Below are positions 1 through 8,561 of a DNA stretch of 64,000 nt, piece after piece (position 1 is the stretch's first letter; every line of letters begins with the position of its first letter). Source of the DNA: a candidate division FCPU426 bacterium. Its GTDB lineage: Bacteria > Oederibacteriota > PGYV01 > Palsa-1178. The DNA is taken from the NCBI GenBank assembly GCA_963840035.1, contig CAWIXE010000003.1:320001-384000 (forward strand), read 5' to 3'. The notes under the pieces are model-generated. The model was not told the DNA's origin. It made no database searches and was given only the letters and a program-made list of their open reading frames with translations. The position numbers and the translations under genes are program-made.

Positions 1-2
1 GA

Positions 3-986
3 TTTCCCGTGCATAACGGCGGTAAGTGGAGCTTGTTGGTGGATTCCTTTAACGGCTTTGACAGCCAGGTCTTTGCCGTGGAACCGGTATCAAATACAAG
101 CTACGCAGTGAATTACGGCATACCAACGCTGGATATGGAGCTGGTAAGTGGATCGGAAAACATTCCCGTTTCGGCTAGTACGATAGAATATAAGATTACG
201 TATCATACGAAGTTTCCAAAGTTTGAAAGAATTTTTACGAGTGTTTCAAATAATGAATCAACTTTTGTATTTAATCCTCAAACAATTCGTAAAGATGGTG
301 ATGTGTCGGTTTGCACTCTTAGTATTGTAAAAAGTTTTGAGGGATATACTGAGGCAGATAAGTATTTTAGATTTATTGTTGAAGGAATTCCAACAGCCGG
401 AGACAGTACATATGCGGATGAGCGGACTTTAATAAAAGACTGGTATTTTAATATATCCGTAGATTTCATGTACATGGCTGTATATGATTACCCTGACAAC
501 GGACATCATACGTCGTTTTATGCGGGTATCAGGAACACAAACGCGTCACTGTCCCATAACATACCGTTTGGGCCACAGCTGAAGTACGCGGTTTTAGATT
601 CAGGCAATACGGGAAGCGCAGGCATGAATACGCCGTATAATGGGTTTTTAAGTCCACCGGCATTTACTGGATATGGGAGTTTTCAGGCGCTTTCGAAAAT
701 ACCCACAAGCATGGGCTGGGACTACACAGCATCGCATCCTGACAATAACGGGTGGATAACGGTGCGGTTCTATGATGATTTATACCTGGATGTATCAAGG
801 ACATTCAGTACTACCAATGGATGGGGCGTTACATGCGCGGACTGGTGTTGTATGTTGGGAGGGACTCCGACAAGTGATAACCATACCTGTGGCACCATAC
901 CACCGGCAGGCGCGTGTTTTTTAAGCTCGTTTGCACCTGAACATGTGTGGCGCGAAAGGCATGAGACGATATACGTAAGCAGATAG
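3..986 (+). CDS. hypothetical protein, probably the C-terminal part of a gene starting before the window
   Basis: Open frame from the window edge to TAG at 986; Gly/Asn/Tyr/Trp-rich and extracellular-looking; no family recognised. Confidence 0.6.
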   Translation, partial: FPVHNGGKWSLLVDSFNGFDSQVFAVEPVSNTSYAVNYGIPTLDMELVSGSENIPVSASTIEYKITYHTKFPKFERIFTSVSNNESTFVFNPQTIRKDGDVSVCTLSIVKSFEGYTEADKYFRFIVEGIPTAGDSTYADERTLIKDWYFNISVDFMYMAVYDYPDNGHHTSFYAGIRNTNASLSHNIPFGPQLKYAVLDSGNTGSAGMNTPYNGFLSPPAFTGYGSFQALSKIPTSMGWDYTASHPDNNGWITVRFYDDLYLDVSRTFSTTNGWGVTCADWCCMLGGTPTSDNHTCGTIPPAGACFLSSFAPEHVWRERHETIYVSR

Positions 987-1047
987 TGTATTCTTGTCCT
1001 GCAAAAGGGGAAATGAAGTTTAGAAAATAATAAACACGGGAGGAAAT

Positions 1048-1770
1048 ATGAAAAAAGTTATCTTGCTTGTTTTAGCTGGGATGTCTGTGTTCTTATCGGT
1101 TTCATGTACCGGAAAACAGGGTGCTGCAGGGCTTGTAGGGCCAGCAGGTCCGCAACAGCCAGGGTTATATTATATAAGGATGTTTCAGGCAGGTGTTTAT
1201 TCACCGACGTATAATGGCCAGGCACAGAGCGCGATTTATGGAAGTTCATCATCTTCATACTATACTGACTCAAATAATCCGGTAAAACTAGGTGTAAACG
1301 ATACGCTGGGTTTATACAGGTCTTTATTTAGATTTGACATAAGTGCTTTACCAATCAGCAAAATTGTAGTGGATAAAGCAGAATTGACTTTTAAAACAAA
1401 TGGGGTGAATTACGGTGGGGGGGCGCAGGGCGTAAAAGTCCACAAGCTTACAGCGGCGTGGAATATTAATGTTACAAGTTGGTCGCACAGAACAAATGTA
1501 GACGATTGGACTAGTCTGGGCGGAGACTTCAGTACAAACACCATAACTCCAAATGCTATGTCTGTTAACATCCTTCCGGATTCCACTACCACCATAGCCC
1601 TTGATCCGGCCGTGGTGCAGGGGTGGATGGAAAACCCTGCTACGAATTACGGGGTGCTTTTAAAGGTGACTGACGAGACCGTGGCGAACTATTGTGAGAT
1701 ATATTCCTCGGGCGCTGTAGTGCCTTCAAACAGGCCTATGCTTAAGGTGTGGTATTATACGGTGGAATGA
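1048..1770 (+). CDS. lipoprotein with short collagen-like G-x-x stretch and DNRLRE/CBM96-like domain
   Basis: RBS GGGAGG; lipobox VSC; GxxGxxGPAGP; motifs RSLFRFD, W..GGDF, VQGW..NP..NYG.LLK, RPML. Confidence 0.75.
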   Translation: MKKVILLVLAGMSVFLSVSCTGKQGAAGLVGPAGPQQPGLYYIRMFQAGVYSPTYNGQAQSAIYGSSSSSYYTDSNNPVKLGVNDTLGLYRSLFRFDISALPISKIVVDKAELTFKTNGVNYGGGAQGVKVHKLTAAWNINVTSWSHRTNVDDWTSLGGDFSTNTITPNAMSVNILPDSTTTIALDPAVVQGWMENPATNYGVLLKVTDETVANYCEIYSSGAVVPSNRPMLKVWYYTVE

Positions 1771-1821
1771 CGAGATGCAGTAAATAACCGCTGGAATTCA
1801 AGCCGTAATAAATGCATCAAT

Positions 1822-1856
1822 AATAAACCCCGGGAAAACCGGGGTTTATTATTTTA
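1822..1856 (+). terminator. intrinsic terminator (bidirectional-type)
   Basis: aataaaccccgg-gaaaa-ccggggtttattatttt. Confidence 0.75.
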
Positions 1857-1921
1857 TGGGTTTGCGGAGCGTTGAAATAAAGTCATTTCCGGGGTGATAG
1901 GGGTTAAATCAAGGAATGTGT

Positions 1922-1966
1922 TTGTCAACGCAGATTTGGTGTCAGGCACCAAATCTGCGTTGACAA
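1922..1966. repeat. perfect 20-bp inverted repeat with GGTGTCAGGCACC core
   Basis: ttgtcaacgcagatttggtg-tcagg-caccaaatctgcgttgacaa. Confidence 0.85.
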
Positions 1967-2084
1967 TGGTTTTATACGGCTATTGATGTCGTAATTATAA
2001 AAGAGTATAAATCTGCTATATAAAGACTGAATAATCGTATATACTCGTATACAGCCATAAATAATCATAAATAGCGGGAGAATT

Positions 2085-2471
2085 ATGAAAACAATAATAG
2101 TACTGGGCGCGATTGTGGAGAAAGACGGGAAGGTTTTGCTTGCCAAACGGAAGAAGGGCATATCCATGGCGGGCAAGTGGGAGTTTCCCGGGGGGAAGCT
2201 GGAGGATGGGGAGACGGAGAAGGAGTGTTTGAAAAGGGAGATAAAGGAAGAATTAGGAGTGGATGCGGAGGTTGGGAATTTCTTTGCGGAGAACAATTGG
2301 CCTGGCAAGGATAAAATCATAAACCTTAAGTGCTATAAAACCAGCTTAATAACAGAAAGAATGACACTGACAGACCATGATGAAATAGCATGGGTGAAAC
2401 CAGGGGAGTTGCTGTCATACGACCTAGCTCCGGCTGATGTGTCTGTGGCGTGGAAGCTGCAGGGGAAATAG
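2085..2471 (+). CDS. MutT/NudG-family NUDIX pyrophosphohydrolase
   Basis: WEFPGGKLEDGE...CLKREIKEELG Nudix box; DHDEIAWV and LAPAD motifs. Confidence 0.92.
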   Translation: MKTIIVLGAIVEKDGKVLLAKRKKGISMAGKWEFPGGKLEDGETEKECLKREIKEELGVDAEVGNFFAENNWPGKDKIINLKCYKTSLITERMTLTDHDEIAWVKPGELLSYDLAPADVSVAWKLQGK

Positions 2472-2555
2472 AATTATGAATCGAGATCTGACACCGTTTA
2501 TCACCTGGTGATTTTTTGAAACCTCTGCTATATCTTATATATAAGGAGGTTTTTT

Positions 2556-2894
2556 ATGAATATATCAAAGTACTTTAAAGACCATGAACTTAAAGTCAAA
2601 GACGCTCTGCTTAAGGGCGATGCTGATTATCAGGGGGTGTTGGCAGAACATCTTGTTATGATCTCCCGGATACAGCATGAGCGGCTTATACATCTGCTGG
2701 TTACTTTGAGTTTTGCTTTGTTTCTTTTTATTCTTTTGGCCATCCTGGCATTTAAACCCACTTTCTGGCTTTTGCCGGCTATCATACTTATTGCGGGGCT
2801 TTTGATACCTTATGTGGGGCATTACTTCTTTCTTGAGAATACTGCCCAGTATTGGTATAAGTTGGCTGATCAGGTTAAAGATAAGGTCCGGTAA
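2556..2894 (+). CDS. small membrane protein (2 TM), hypothetical
   Basis: RBS AAGGAGG; QHERLIHLLVT followed by two hydrophobic helices and HYFFLEN. Confidence 0.8.
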   Translation: MNISKYFKDHELKVKDALLKGDADYQGVLAEHLVMISRIQHERLIHLLVTLSFALFLFILLAILAFKPTFWLLPAIILIAGLLIPYVGHYFFLENTAQYWYKLADQVKDKVR

Positions 2895-2946
2895 AGACCT
2901 CAGAAATCCTCTTCTTATTCCCCTTTCTGGAACAAAGGGGAACGAT
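2893..2946 (+). repeat. 54-bp dispersed repeat with CCCCTTT...AAAGGGG hairpin, copy 1
   Basis: 52/54 identical to 7281-7334. Confidence 0.9.
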
Positions 2947-2992
2947 AGCTGGAGGAGATTTATCTTTGGGGCAAGTCAGGCTGTAGTTGAGC

Positions 2993-3069
2993 GGGCGATT
3001 CGTGAATCGCCCCTACGAAAGCAAATCAAATGCAAATCATGTTCCAGGCAAATGGTATTCGCCCGTTAC
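2993..3069 (-). repeat. REP pair (GTAGGGGCGATTCACGAATCGCCC plus a degenerate GTAACGGGCGAAT-type REP)
   Basis: Reverse-oriented palindromes ending CTAC/TTAC; the same pair recurs at 7501-7582. Confidence 0.8.
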
Positions 3070-3070
3070 A

Positions 3071-3110
3071 AAAACAACAAAACCCCGGTTGCCCGGGGTT
3101 TTGTTGTTTT
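3071..3110. terminator. bidirectional intrinsic terminator between convergent genes
   Basis: aaaacaacaaaaccccgg-ttgc-ccggggttttgttgtttt. Confidence 0.8.
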
Positions 3111-3129
3111 AATATATGTTGTGGCGGTT

Positions 3130-3882
3130 TTATGGTTTGACTACCGTTATTTCCGTCAGACACTCGACTTCCAGGTGGTTAGTTGTAGGCACTGTGGGGC
3201 CGGTGAATGCGTTTTCATTCATGTTATACGGGTAGACGGATACGTTATAACTTCCGCTGATGGGAAATGCCAGTGCTTCGGGTATGGTAAAGCCCGGGTC
3301 TATGTCTGTCAAAGAATCAGGCGCAGCAAAGGAACTATATGTTAATACGCTTGCGCCATTTCTTACCAGCACGAAGTCATCTGTCCCATCGTGGTCGTAA
3401 CTAACTACGTAGTTTGTTATTGAGACATTTTCCCCCGGTGCGGTGATGGAGGCGGTATATGTGCCAAAATGCGTTTGTATGCTTACGTTAAAAACAGAAC
3501 CCTGCACCACAGGGGTGTTAGATCCAGCCTGACTAGCGTACACCGACGAAGCAGGGCGGTATTCCAGCGTTTCGGAATTGACGGTTATTGTCGCGTACTG
3601 GTAGCTTACGCCGGCAACATTCAAAGTAAACCAGTAGCTTACGTAAGTATTTACGCAGTTGATTGAGGCAATTATATAGACAGACGGCAGCGCGGTATTA
3701 GTGGGTGTGATTGTAGCTGTAACTGTTGCCGTGCCGCTGATTGTAAATGTCGGCGTTATCGTGATGGTGGGCGTGGCAGTTTGAAGGGCGGAAGGCGCGG
3801 GGTCTGACGGGTTGGTTTTTTTGCATGAAATAAGGAGCACTAATGACAGAATAACGGCAATGAGAACTAAATACTTTTTCAT
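3130..3882 (-). CDS. lipoprotein with Thr/Pro-rich linker, hypothetical
   Basis: RBS GGGAGG; lipobox LISC; TATPTITITPT linker, then a beta-rich domain. Confidence 0.8.
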   Translation of the reverse strand: MKKYLVLIAVILSLVLLISCKKTNPSDPAPSALQTATPTITITPTFTISGTATVTATITPTNTALPSVYIIASINCVNTYVSYWFTLNVAGVSYQYATITVNSETLEYRPASSVYASQAGSNTPVVQGSVFNVSIQTHFGTYTASITAPGENVSITNYVVSYDHDGTDDFVLVRNGASVLTYSSFAAPDSLTDIDPGFTIPEALAFPISGSYNVSVYPYNMNENAFTGPTVPTTNHLEVECLTEITVVKP

Positions 3883-4002
3883 TTGTTTGGCCCTCCCAGG
3901 CTTTTGATAGATTAGCCATTGTAAGTAAATAGGCGTGGGATGTCAATGAAATATCATTAGAACAGGATGACGTGAGTACTTATGGTCGAAAATGGCGTGT
4001 TG

Positions 4003-4335
4003 TCAATACGTCTTATACATGGCGCAGTCCGCGTGGTCGCGGTGGCGGGAGAGTTTTATGGCGCTGGCGCTGCACAGGGGAGTGCTGTTATAACTGTAAC
4101 TTTTAACCTTGCATACTCCGACCCTTCCTATGACTGTAGTATCCCCGATCTTATCTGCGGACCTGGTGTATGTGTCGCATTTAGGATGGTCGTCTCCTAT
4201 GCATATGGACTTGGCGTGGCATAGTTTGCCGGTGTTAAACGCGCAGTCTGTCATGCCGCAACCTGATATCATGGGGATGGATGAGGTAACGGCGAGAACG
4301 TCAACATTGTCTTCGGCTTTATATTGGTACTCCAT
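4003..4335 (-). CDS. DUF1540-like Cys-rich tandem-domain protein (paralog 1)
   Basis: C..TDC.FN...CHAKSI.IG....CDTY pattern twice; AGGAG precedes the ATG at 4335. Confidence 0.75.
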   Translation of the reverse strand: MEYQYKAEDNVDVLAVTSSIPMISGCGMTDCAFNTGKLCHAKSICIGDDHPKCDTYTRSADKIGDTTVIGRVGVCKVKSYSYNSTPLCSASAIKLSRHRDHADCAMYKTY

Positions 4336-4571
4336 TATGTGTGCTCCTGCTATTTTTTTAGCCCGGATTATGGCCGCGCGCGCCGGAGTGTGCCTTCCGT
4401 GCGCGCGGTGTTCAATCATCAGGTATATAGACTTATACAATTAAAAACGCTGCAGGGTAAGGGCGGAATTCCGCGGATTATTGACTTTTTTCTGCGGAGG
4501 TGTAGAAATAAGGTTTAGCCGAAAGACAGAGAGGCTACACATGTAAGTGAAAATTGGTGTTGTAAGAATTC

Positions 4572-4627
4572 GGGCGAGCCACACGTTTCCGCTGAAGCTT
4601 CAACGTGCATGGCCGGCTCGCCCCTAC
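4572..4627 (-). repeat. family-A REP carrying a 31-nt loop insertion
   Basis: gggcgagcca[cacgtttccgctgaagcttcaacgtgcatgg]ccggctcgcccctac; also at 15804 and 24190. Confidence 0.85.
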
Positions 4628-4687
4628 GAAGACAAATGAAAGAAACATAAAAAAAACCCGGTTTCCCGGGGTTTTGTTTGTTTATTA

Positions 4688-5023
4688 TTATATTGACTTG
4701 AACATCAGGCAGTCAGCGTGGTCGTCGTGCCTGGAGATTGTAATGCCTCCGGCGCCGCAAAGCATGCCGCCTTTGTTAAACAGGCATTTGACAACCTTGC
4801 ATGAACCCACCCCGCCGATGACGGAGCCTTCCCCGGATTTATGTTCCGAAGCGGAGTATGTATCGCATTTCTGGTGGTCGTCGCCTACGCTTATGGACTT
4901 GGCGTGGCAGATGTGGTTGGTGTTAAAGGAACAGTCGTCCATCGCGCAGTTTGATATCTTTGGAATCACTTCCGCCCTGACTATGAGTCCCTGTGCTGCC
5001 ATTTCTTTTTCCGGTCCGTTCAT
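4688..5023 (-). CDS. DUF1540-like Cys-rich tandem-domain protein (paralog 2)
   Basis: Clear similarity to 4003-4335 (CHAKSISVGDDHQKCDTY, SRHDDHADC); RBS GGAGG. Confidence 0.8.
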   Translation of the reverse strand: MNGPEKEMAAQGLIVRAEVIPKISNCAMDDCSFNTNHICHAKSISVGDDHQKCDTYSASEHKSGEGSVIGGVGSCKVVKCLFNKGGMLCGAGGITISRHDDHADCLMFKSI

Positions 5024-5233
5024 GATACACCTCCAGATGAATTTTGTTAATTAACCCTACACGTATTTATATAATACATAGCGGCTTTTAAACAGACAGT
5101 AATTCCGCTTTTTATGGCCTTTTTTCCGTTTTGGGAGAAGGGGAAATAAGACGGCTATATGATGTTTCAGGATATTGCCGTTTGCCGTGTGGAGGATATA
5201 CTTAATATACAATTAAGAAAAAAAGGAGGGCGT

Positions 5234-5836
5234 ATGAAGCGGGTAATAACGTTCGCGGCAATAATTTTTTTCTTATTTTCTTCTTTTGTCCTGGCGGAAA
5301 ACGGGGTAATACAGTCAGGTTCTGCCGCTGACGCGGCGGATACGGCAGCCGGCCCGGCTGCAAATACATATACTGCGGCGGCATCGCTTATGTACTGGAA
5401 CGCCTTAGGCATAGAGCTTGTAATTCCGGGCCGCAGTATTCCGGGCATTTCGTATACGCGTTTTATCAGGCCGGATATATTTGCCACAGCGTTTGCGGGG
5501 CTTATAACCGACCGCGACGGCGTGGAAGCGCTGGTGTCAATAAACGGCTATAAAATGTTTAATGAATTTTTCTATGCAGGCCTGGGTTTTGGGACTATAT
5601 TTGACAGGGGCAGGACAATATTGATCGGAATCGCAAACCCTTCAGTGGGATTAATGGCCAGGATAACGCAGGAAATTACCATTTACGCCGAAGGCACAGC
5701 CTGGCTTCTGAAGGTAAATACGAATAACAATATGGATGAATTAACAGGAAACACGCTGCTGGTATTTAAAGCCGGAGTAAAATATAATTTTAAATGGTCT
5801 GATCCGCTGCCTGATATAAACGACATGATCAGGTAA
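5234..5836 (+). CDS. secreted putative outer-membrane beta-barrel protein (paralog of 32218-32850)
   Basis: RBS AGGAGG; signal peptide; amphipathic strands; IPGISY.R and GI.NP.VGL shared with the paralog. Confidence 0.7.
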   Translation: MKRVITFAAIIFFLFSSFVLAENGVIQSGSAADAADTAAGPAANTYTAAASLMYWNALGIELVIPGRSIPGISYTRFIRPDIFATAFAGLITDRDGVEALVSINGYKMFNEFFYAGLGFGTIFDRGRTILIGIANPSVGLMARITQEITIYAEGTAWLLKVNTNNNMDELTGNTLLVFKAGVKYNFKWSDPLPDINDMIR

Positions 5837-5865
5837 AAGACGGAAAAAAAGGAAGGAGGAATAAA

Positions 5866-6195
5866 ATGAAAAAAATTCTAATGGTTTTGTCCGTGATGGC
5901 TTTTGCGGCGTTTGTATCGGCGGCAGCGGTCATAGTGCTGACCCCGCAGCAGGTTGCGGATGTCATAGCTAAGTCGGCGGAACAGGTAAAAAACGCGGCA
6001 ACGGAAACGGTAAAATATGAAAGCGCCGGGGATTCGCTGGCGGCAAACGCGAAAAGTACGGCAGTACCGCAGCCTGTGAGATTTAAAGCTGCGCAGGGAA
6101 AGGTGAAGACCAACAAAACAAAAATTATGAAGACGATGGGCGTAAAAGCTGAAAGCGCCGGCAATACAATTGGAGCGGTGAAAAGGCCGCAATAA
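5866..6195 (+). CDS. small secreted Ala/Lys-rich protein
   Basis: RBS AGGAGG; signal peptide; low complexity. Confidence 0.7.
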   Translation: MKKILMVLSVMAFAAFVSAAAVIVLTPQQVADVIAKSAEQVKNAATETVKYESAGDSLAANAKSTAVPQPVRFKAAQGKVKTNKTKIMKTMGVKAESAGNTIGAVKRPQ

Positions 6196-6337
6196 AAAGG
6201 TAAAAAACGTGAAACGGCATTTCGCCTGTATGAACAGTAATGTAGGCAGGGCTTGTTTTCCTCCGGAAGAATGTTATACTTTTTGCATGTCATACCAATG
6301 ACAAAAGCAGTAAAAAAATCCGAAGGAGGAAACAGAA

Positions 6338-6718
6338 ATGAAAAAGTTTTTAGTTGTAGCGTTCGCGGCCGTATTTGCAGCGTCACTGGCTGTAGCAGCG
6401 GACAAGAAAGCGGAAGAGAAAGCAGTAGACAAGGCAACAGCAGCAGCACCGGTAAAGGAAGCGAAAGCAGCAGTTGCAAAGGTTGAAGCGGCTGGCAACT
6501 CGGCATCGGCGGTTGTGGAAGGCGCGGCAAACTCGACAGACGCAAAGGCAATAGCTGCTGAGAAGAAAGCAAAGAAAGCGGCAGAAAAGAAAGCGAAAAA
6601 GGAAGCGAAAGAAGCTGCAAAGAAAGCAAAGGCAGAAGCGGCAAAGGCTGAAGGCGCAGGCAATTCAACAGCGGCACAGGCTGATAAGGCAGGAAATACC
6701 ACGGAAGTAAAGAAATAA
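6338..6718 (+). CDS. secreted Ala/Lys/Glu-rich low-complexity protein
   Basis: RBS AGGAGG; signal peptide ending AVA-A; KKAKKAAE repeats; recurring AGNS/T. Confidence 0.8.
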   Translation: MKKFLVVAFAAVFAASLAVAADKKAEEKAVDKATAAAPVKEAKAAVAKVEAAGNSASAVVEGAANSTDAKAIAAEKKAKKAAEKKAKKEAKEAAKKAKAEAAKAEGAGNSTAAQADKAGNTTEVKK

Positions 6719-6806
6719 GCATCAGGATGGAGATATCAATAAAAAATAAAATCTAAAATAAACAGGAGGCTGGAAGACGGCCTGCCTGAAAACTCCATAT
6801 AAAACG

Positions 6807-6841
6807 AAAGGCCCGGGATTAAACCCGGGCCTTTTTTATTT
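6807..6841 (+). terminator. intrinsic terminator
   Basis: aaaggcccggg-attaaa-cccgggccttttttattt. Confidence 0.85.
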
Positions 6842-6864
6842 GTGCGCTAATATTTACAGCTACT

Positions 6865-6949
6865 GTAGAGACGCCCCCGTGTACGGCACAGCTCGTGGGC
6901 GTCTCAAGGCAGGCGCTGTGTCTGAGACGGGCGCGAGGCCCGTCTCTAC
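6865..6949. repeat. REPIN (GTAGAGACG-type inverted REP pair; left REP has an enlarged loop)
   Basis: GTAGAGACGCCC...GGGCGTCTC, spacer, GAGACGGGC-gcgag-GCCCGTCTCTAC. Confidence 0.75.
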
Positions 6950-6968
6950 AAAAACGTTTGGATTTGTC

Positions 6969-6997
6969 TTGACACATAAGTATACAAAGTGTATAAT
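6969..6997 (+). promoter_or_regulatory. consensus sigma70 promoter with overlapping palindromic operator
   Basis: TTGACA-17 bp-TATAAT; TATACA-aag-TGTATA at 6981-6995 overlaps the -10. Confidence 0.75.
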
Positions 6998-7040
6998 TAT
7001 TACAAATATAGTATACGGAACTTTTGGAAAGGCTGAGGAT

Positions 7041-7343
7041 ATGGATAATTTGAGCAGAAAACAGCTTAGTTTAACTATAGTCACTGACGCCAGGGAAAAT
7101 GATTACGGCAGGTTCAAAGCTGCTGATTTTAACGTTGGCGCGGCCGCTTCTGAGGGGCTGCAGATCGTGGATCTGAAGCTTGGCGGGGGTAATAATAATG
7201 TGCTGGAGTTTATTGTGGAAGGGAACGCGGAGGCGGCAGAGGAGTTTGCGGAGCGGTTTGACTGCGTGGAGTATCAAATCAAAGACCTCAGAAATCCTCT
7301 TCTTATTCCCCTTTCTGGGGCAAAGGGGAACGATTGGGGGTAG
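7041..7343 (+). CDS. small hypothetical protein (possibly ACT-like alpha/beta fold); C-terminus comes from a dispersed repeat
   Basis: Downstream of a consensus promoter; ATG at 7041; most of the last ~20 codons are the 54-bp repeat. Confidence 0.55.
   Translation: MDNLSRKQLSLTIVTDARENDYGRFKAADFNVGAAASEGLQIVDLKLGGGNNNVLEFIVEGNAEAAEEFAERFDCVEYQIKDLRNPLLIPLSGAKGNDWG
7281..7334 (+). repeat. 54-bp dispersed repeat, copy 2
   Basis: 52/54 identical to 2893-2946. Confidence 0.9.
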
Positions 7344-7500
7344 GTGTATTTAGCCTGGAGGCGGAATTTATTTAGGTGCTGTTTTGATTTAAGTACAGGT
7401 CGTGATGCCAGTCAGTTCTGAAATTCTATGGTGCCAAATTGGCACCTTAGAAAGCGTAACTTTGAATCATATATATAGCGACTTCAGACCGGAAAAAGGC

Positions 7501-7582
7501 GGGCGATTCGTGAATCGCCCCTACAAATAGAAAACAAAAGCAGATCAACTCAAATGCCGGGCGAATGATATTCGCCCGCTAC
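7501..7582 (-). repeat. two reverse REPs (GTAGGGGCGATTCACGAATCGCCC and GTAGCGGGCGAATATCATTCGCCC)
   Basis: Palindromes ending CTAC at 7524 and 7582. Confidence 0.85.
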
Positions 7583-7800
7583 AAATACCCATATTCCATA
7601 ATTGTAAATCGTAAATAGTAAATTGTAAATCCCCTCAGTGGTATGTTGTGGGAGGGATTTTACATAAATAAAACTCTGTTTTAACCCAAAATTAAATCTT
7701 ACCTTAAGTTAGGTTTCACGCACATTAAAAAACGCCTTAGAAATAAGGCGTTTTTTTATTTTGAATCCGTGGATAAACCTTAAAAATAGCCAAAATAGCC

Positions 7801-7863
7801 TTGACAGTGGCAGACAGGGGGTTTAGAATGTTCCAAAGTGGGAGAAAGTGGCAGATAGTGTTG
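7801..7863 (+). promoter_or_regulatory. dcw (Pmra) promoter with MraZ-binding direct repeats
   Basis: TTGACA(7801)-17 bp-TAGAAT(7824); AAAGTGGGAG-AAAGTGGCAG-ATAGTG with 10-nt period just downstream. Confidence 0.85.
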
Positions 7864-7922
7864 TTTATTGGCATGGAATGGCCCTTATTCCCTTAATATT
7901 TATATTATAACGAGGTGACACA

Positions 7923-8348
7923 ATGGTTATCAGGACCGGGTTTGTTGGGAGTTACCATCATAACCTTGACGTGAAGAACAGGGTATCTCTGCCTGCCAAG
8001 ATAAAAAAATATATCGAGGCTATGGCGTCAACCCCTGAACACGCTTCAATGATTATGCTTACCAAGGGAAAAGATGAATGCATAGAAGGATTCATGGTAG
8101 AGGACTGGGAACGCATGGTCAACCAGGTTGTGCAGAACATGTCATTTAAGCGCACGCCTGAGGCTGAGGAACTTGAGGAAGTGGCCCAGGGCGCTGACCA
8201 GATTACCATAGACAAGAGCTCCAGGATAATGCTGAACGCCGACTTAAAAAAATACGCGGGGATAGAAAAAAACGTCGTATTTATAGGATCAATTGACAGG
8301 TTTAAGATAATAAGCGCGGAGAAGTATGCGGAGAAGTATAACGGATAG
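7923..8348 (+). CDS. mraZ: division/cell wall cluster transcriptional repressor MraZ
   Basis: F.G.Y.H.LD.K.R..LP and D...RI.L...L..YA.I...V.FIG..DRF SpoVT-AbrB repeats; first gene of the dcw cluster. Confidence 0.93.
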   Translation: MVIRTGFVGSYHHNLDVKNRVSLPAKIKKYIEAMASTPEHASMIMLTKGKDECIEGFMVEDWERMVNQVVQNMSFKRTPEAEELEEVAQGADQITIDKSSRIMLNADLKKYAGIEKNVVFIGSIDRFKIISAEKYAEKYNG

Positions 8349-8389
8349 TGGGTTGTGAGTGGTAGGTAGTGAGTAGGAGGTAAGTTCTC

Positions 8390-8485
8390 GTAGGGGCGAG
8401 TCGGTGACTCGCCCGCAACGAGGGGTGTAAATGCGGCCTTAAGTACTAAGACTTAAGGCCGGGCGAGCCACCGGCTCGCCCCTAC
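8390..8485. repeat. family-A REPIN
   Basis: GTAGGGGCGAGTCGGTGACTCGCCC...ggccttaag/cttaaggcc inner hairpin...GGGCGAGCCACCGGCTCGCCCCTAC. Confidence 0.92.
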
Positions 8486-8561
8486 GAAAGCGAAAAAGGA
8501 AACGGAAATACCCGGGAGGCCCAGAGGGCCGCCGGAAACATAAAACGCGGAGGTACTGAGA

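Noticed and set aside
2812..3345. 177-aa ORF sharing a peptide with the 7041 ORF
   Set aside because: The shared peptide is just the 54-bp repeat; the ORF overlaps two better genes, REPs and a terminator.
4481..4545. Promoter-like TTGACT plus small hairpin suggesting an sRNA
   Set aside because: Weak -10 and no recognisable RNA family; not supportable from sequence alone.
6840..7040. Upstream extension of the 7041 ORF
   Set aside because: It runs through a REPIN and the gene's own promoter.
7769..7777. DnaA box / replication origin
   Set aside because: A single one-mismatch box (CGTGGATAA) with no cluster or dnaA context.
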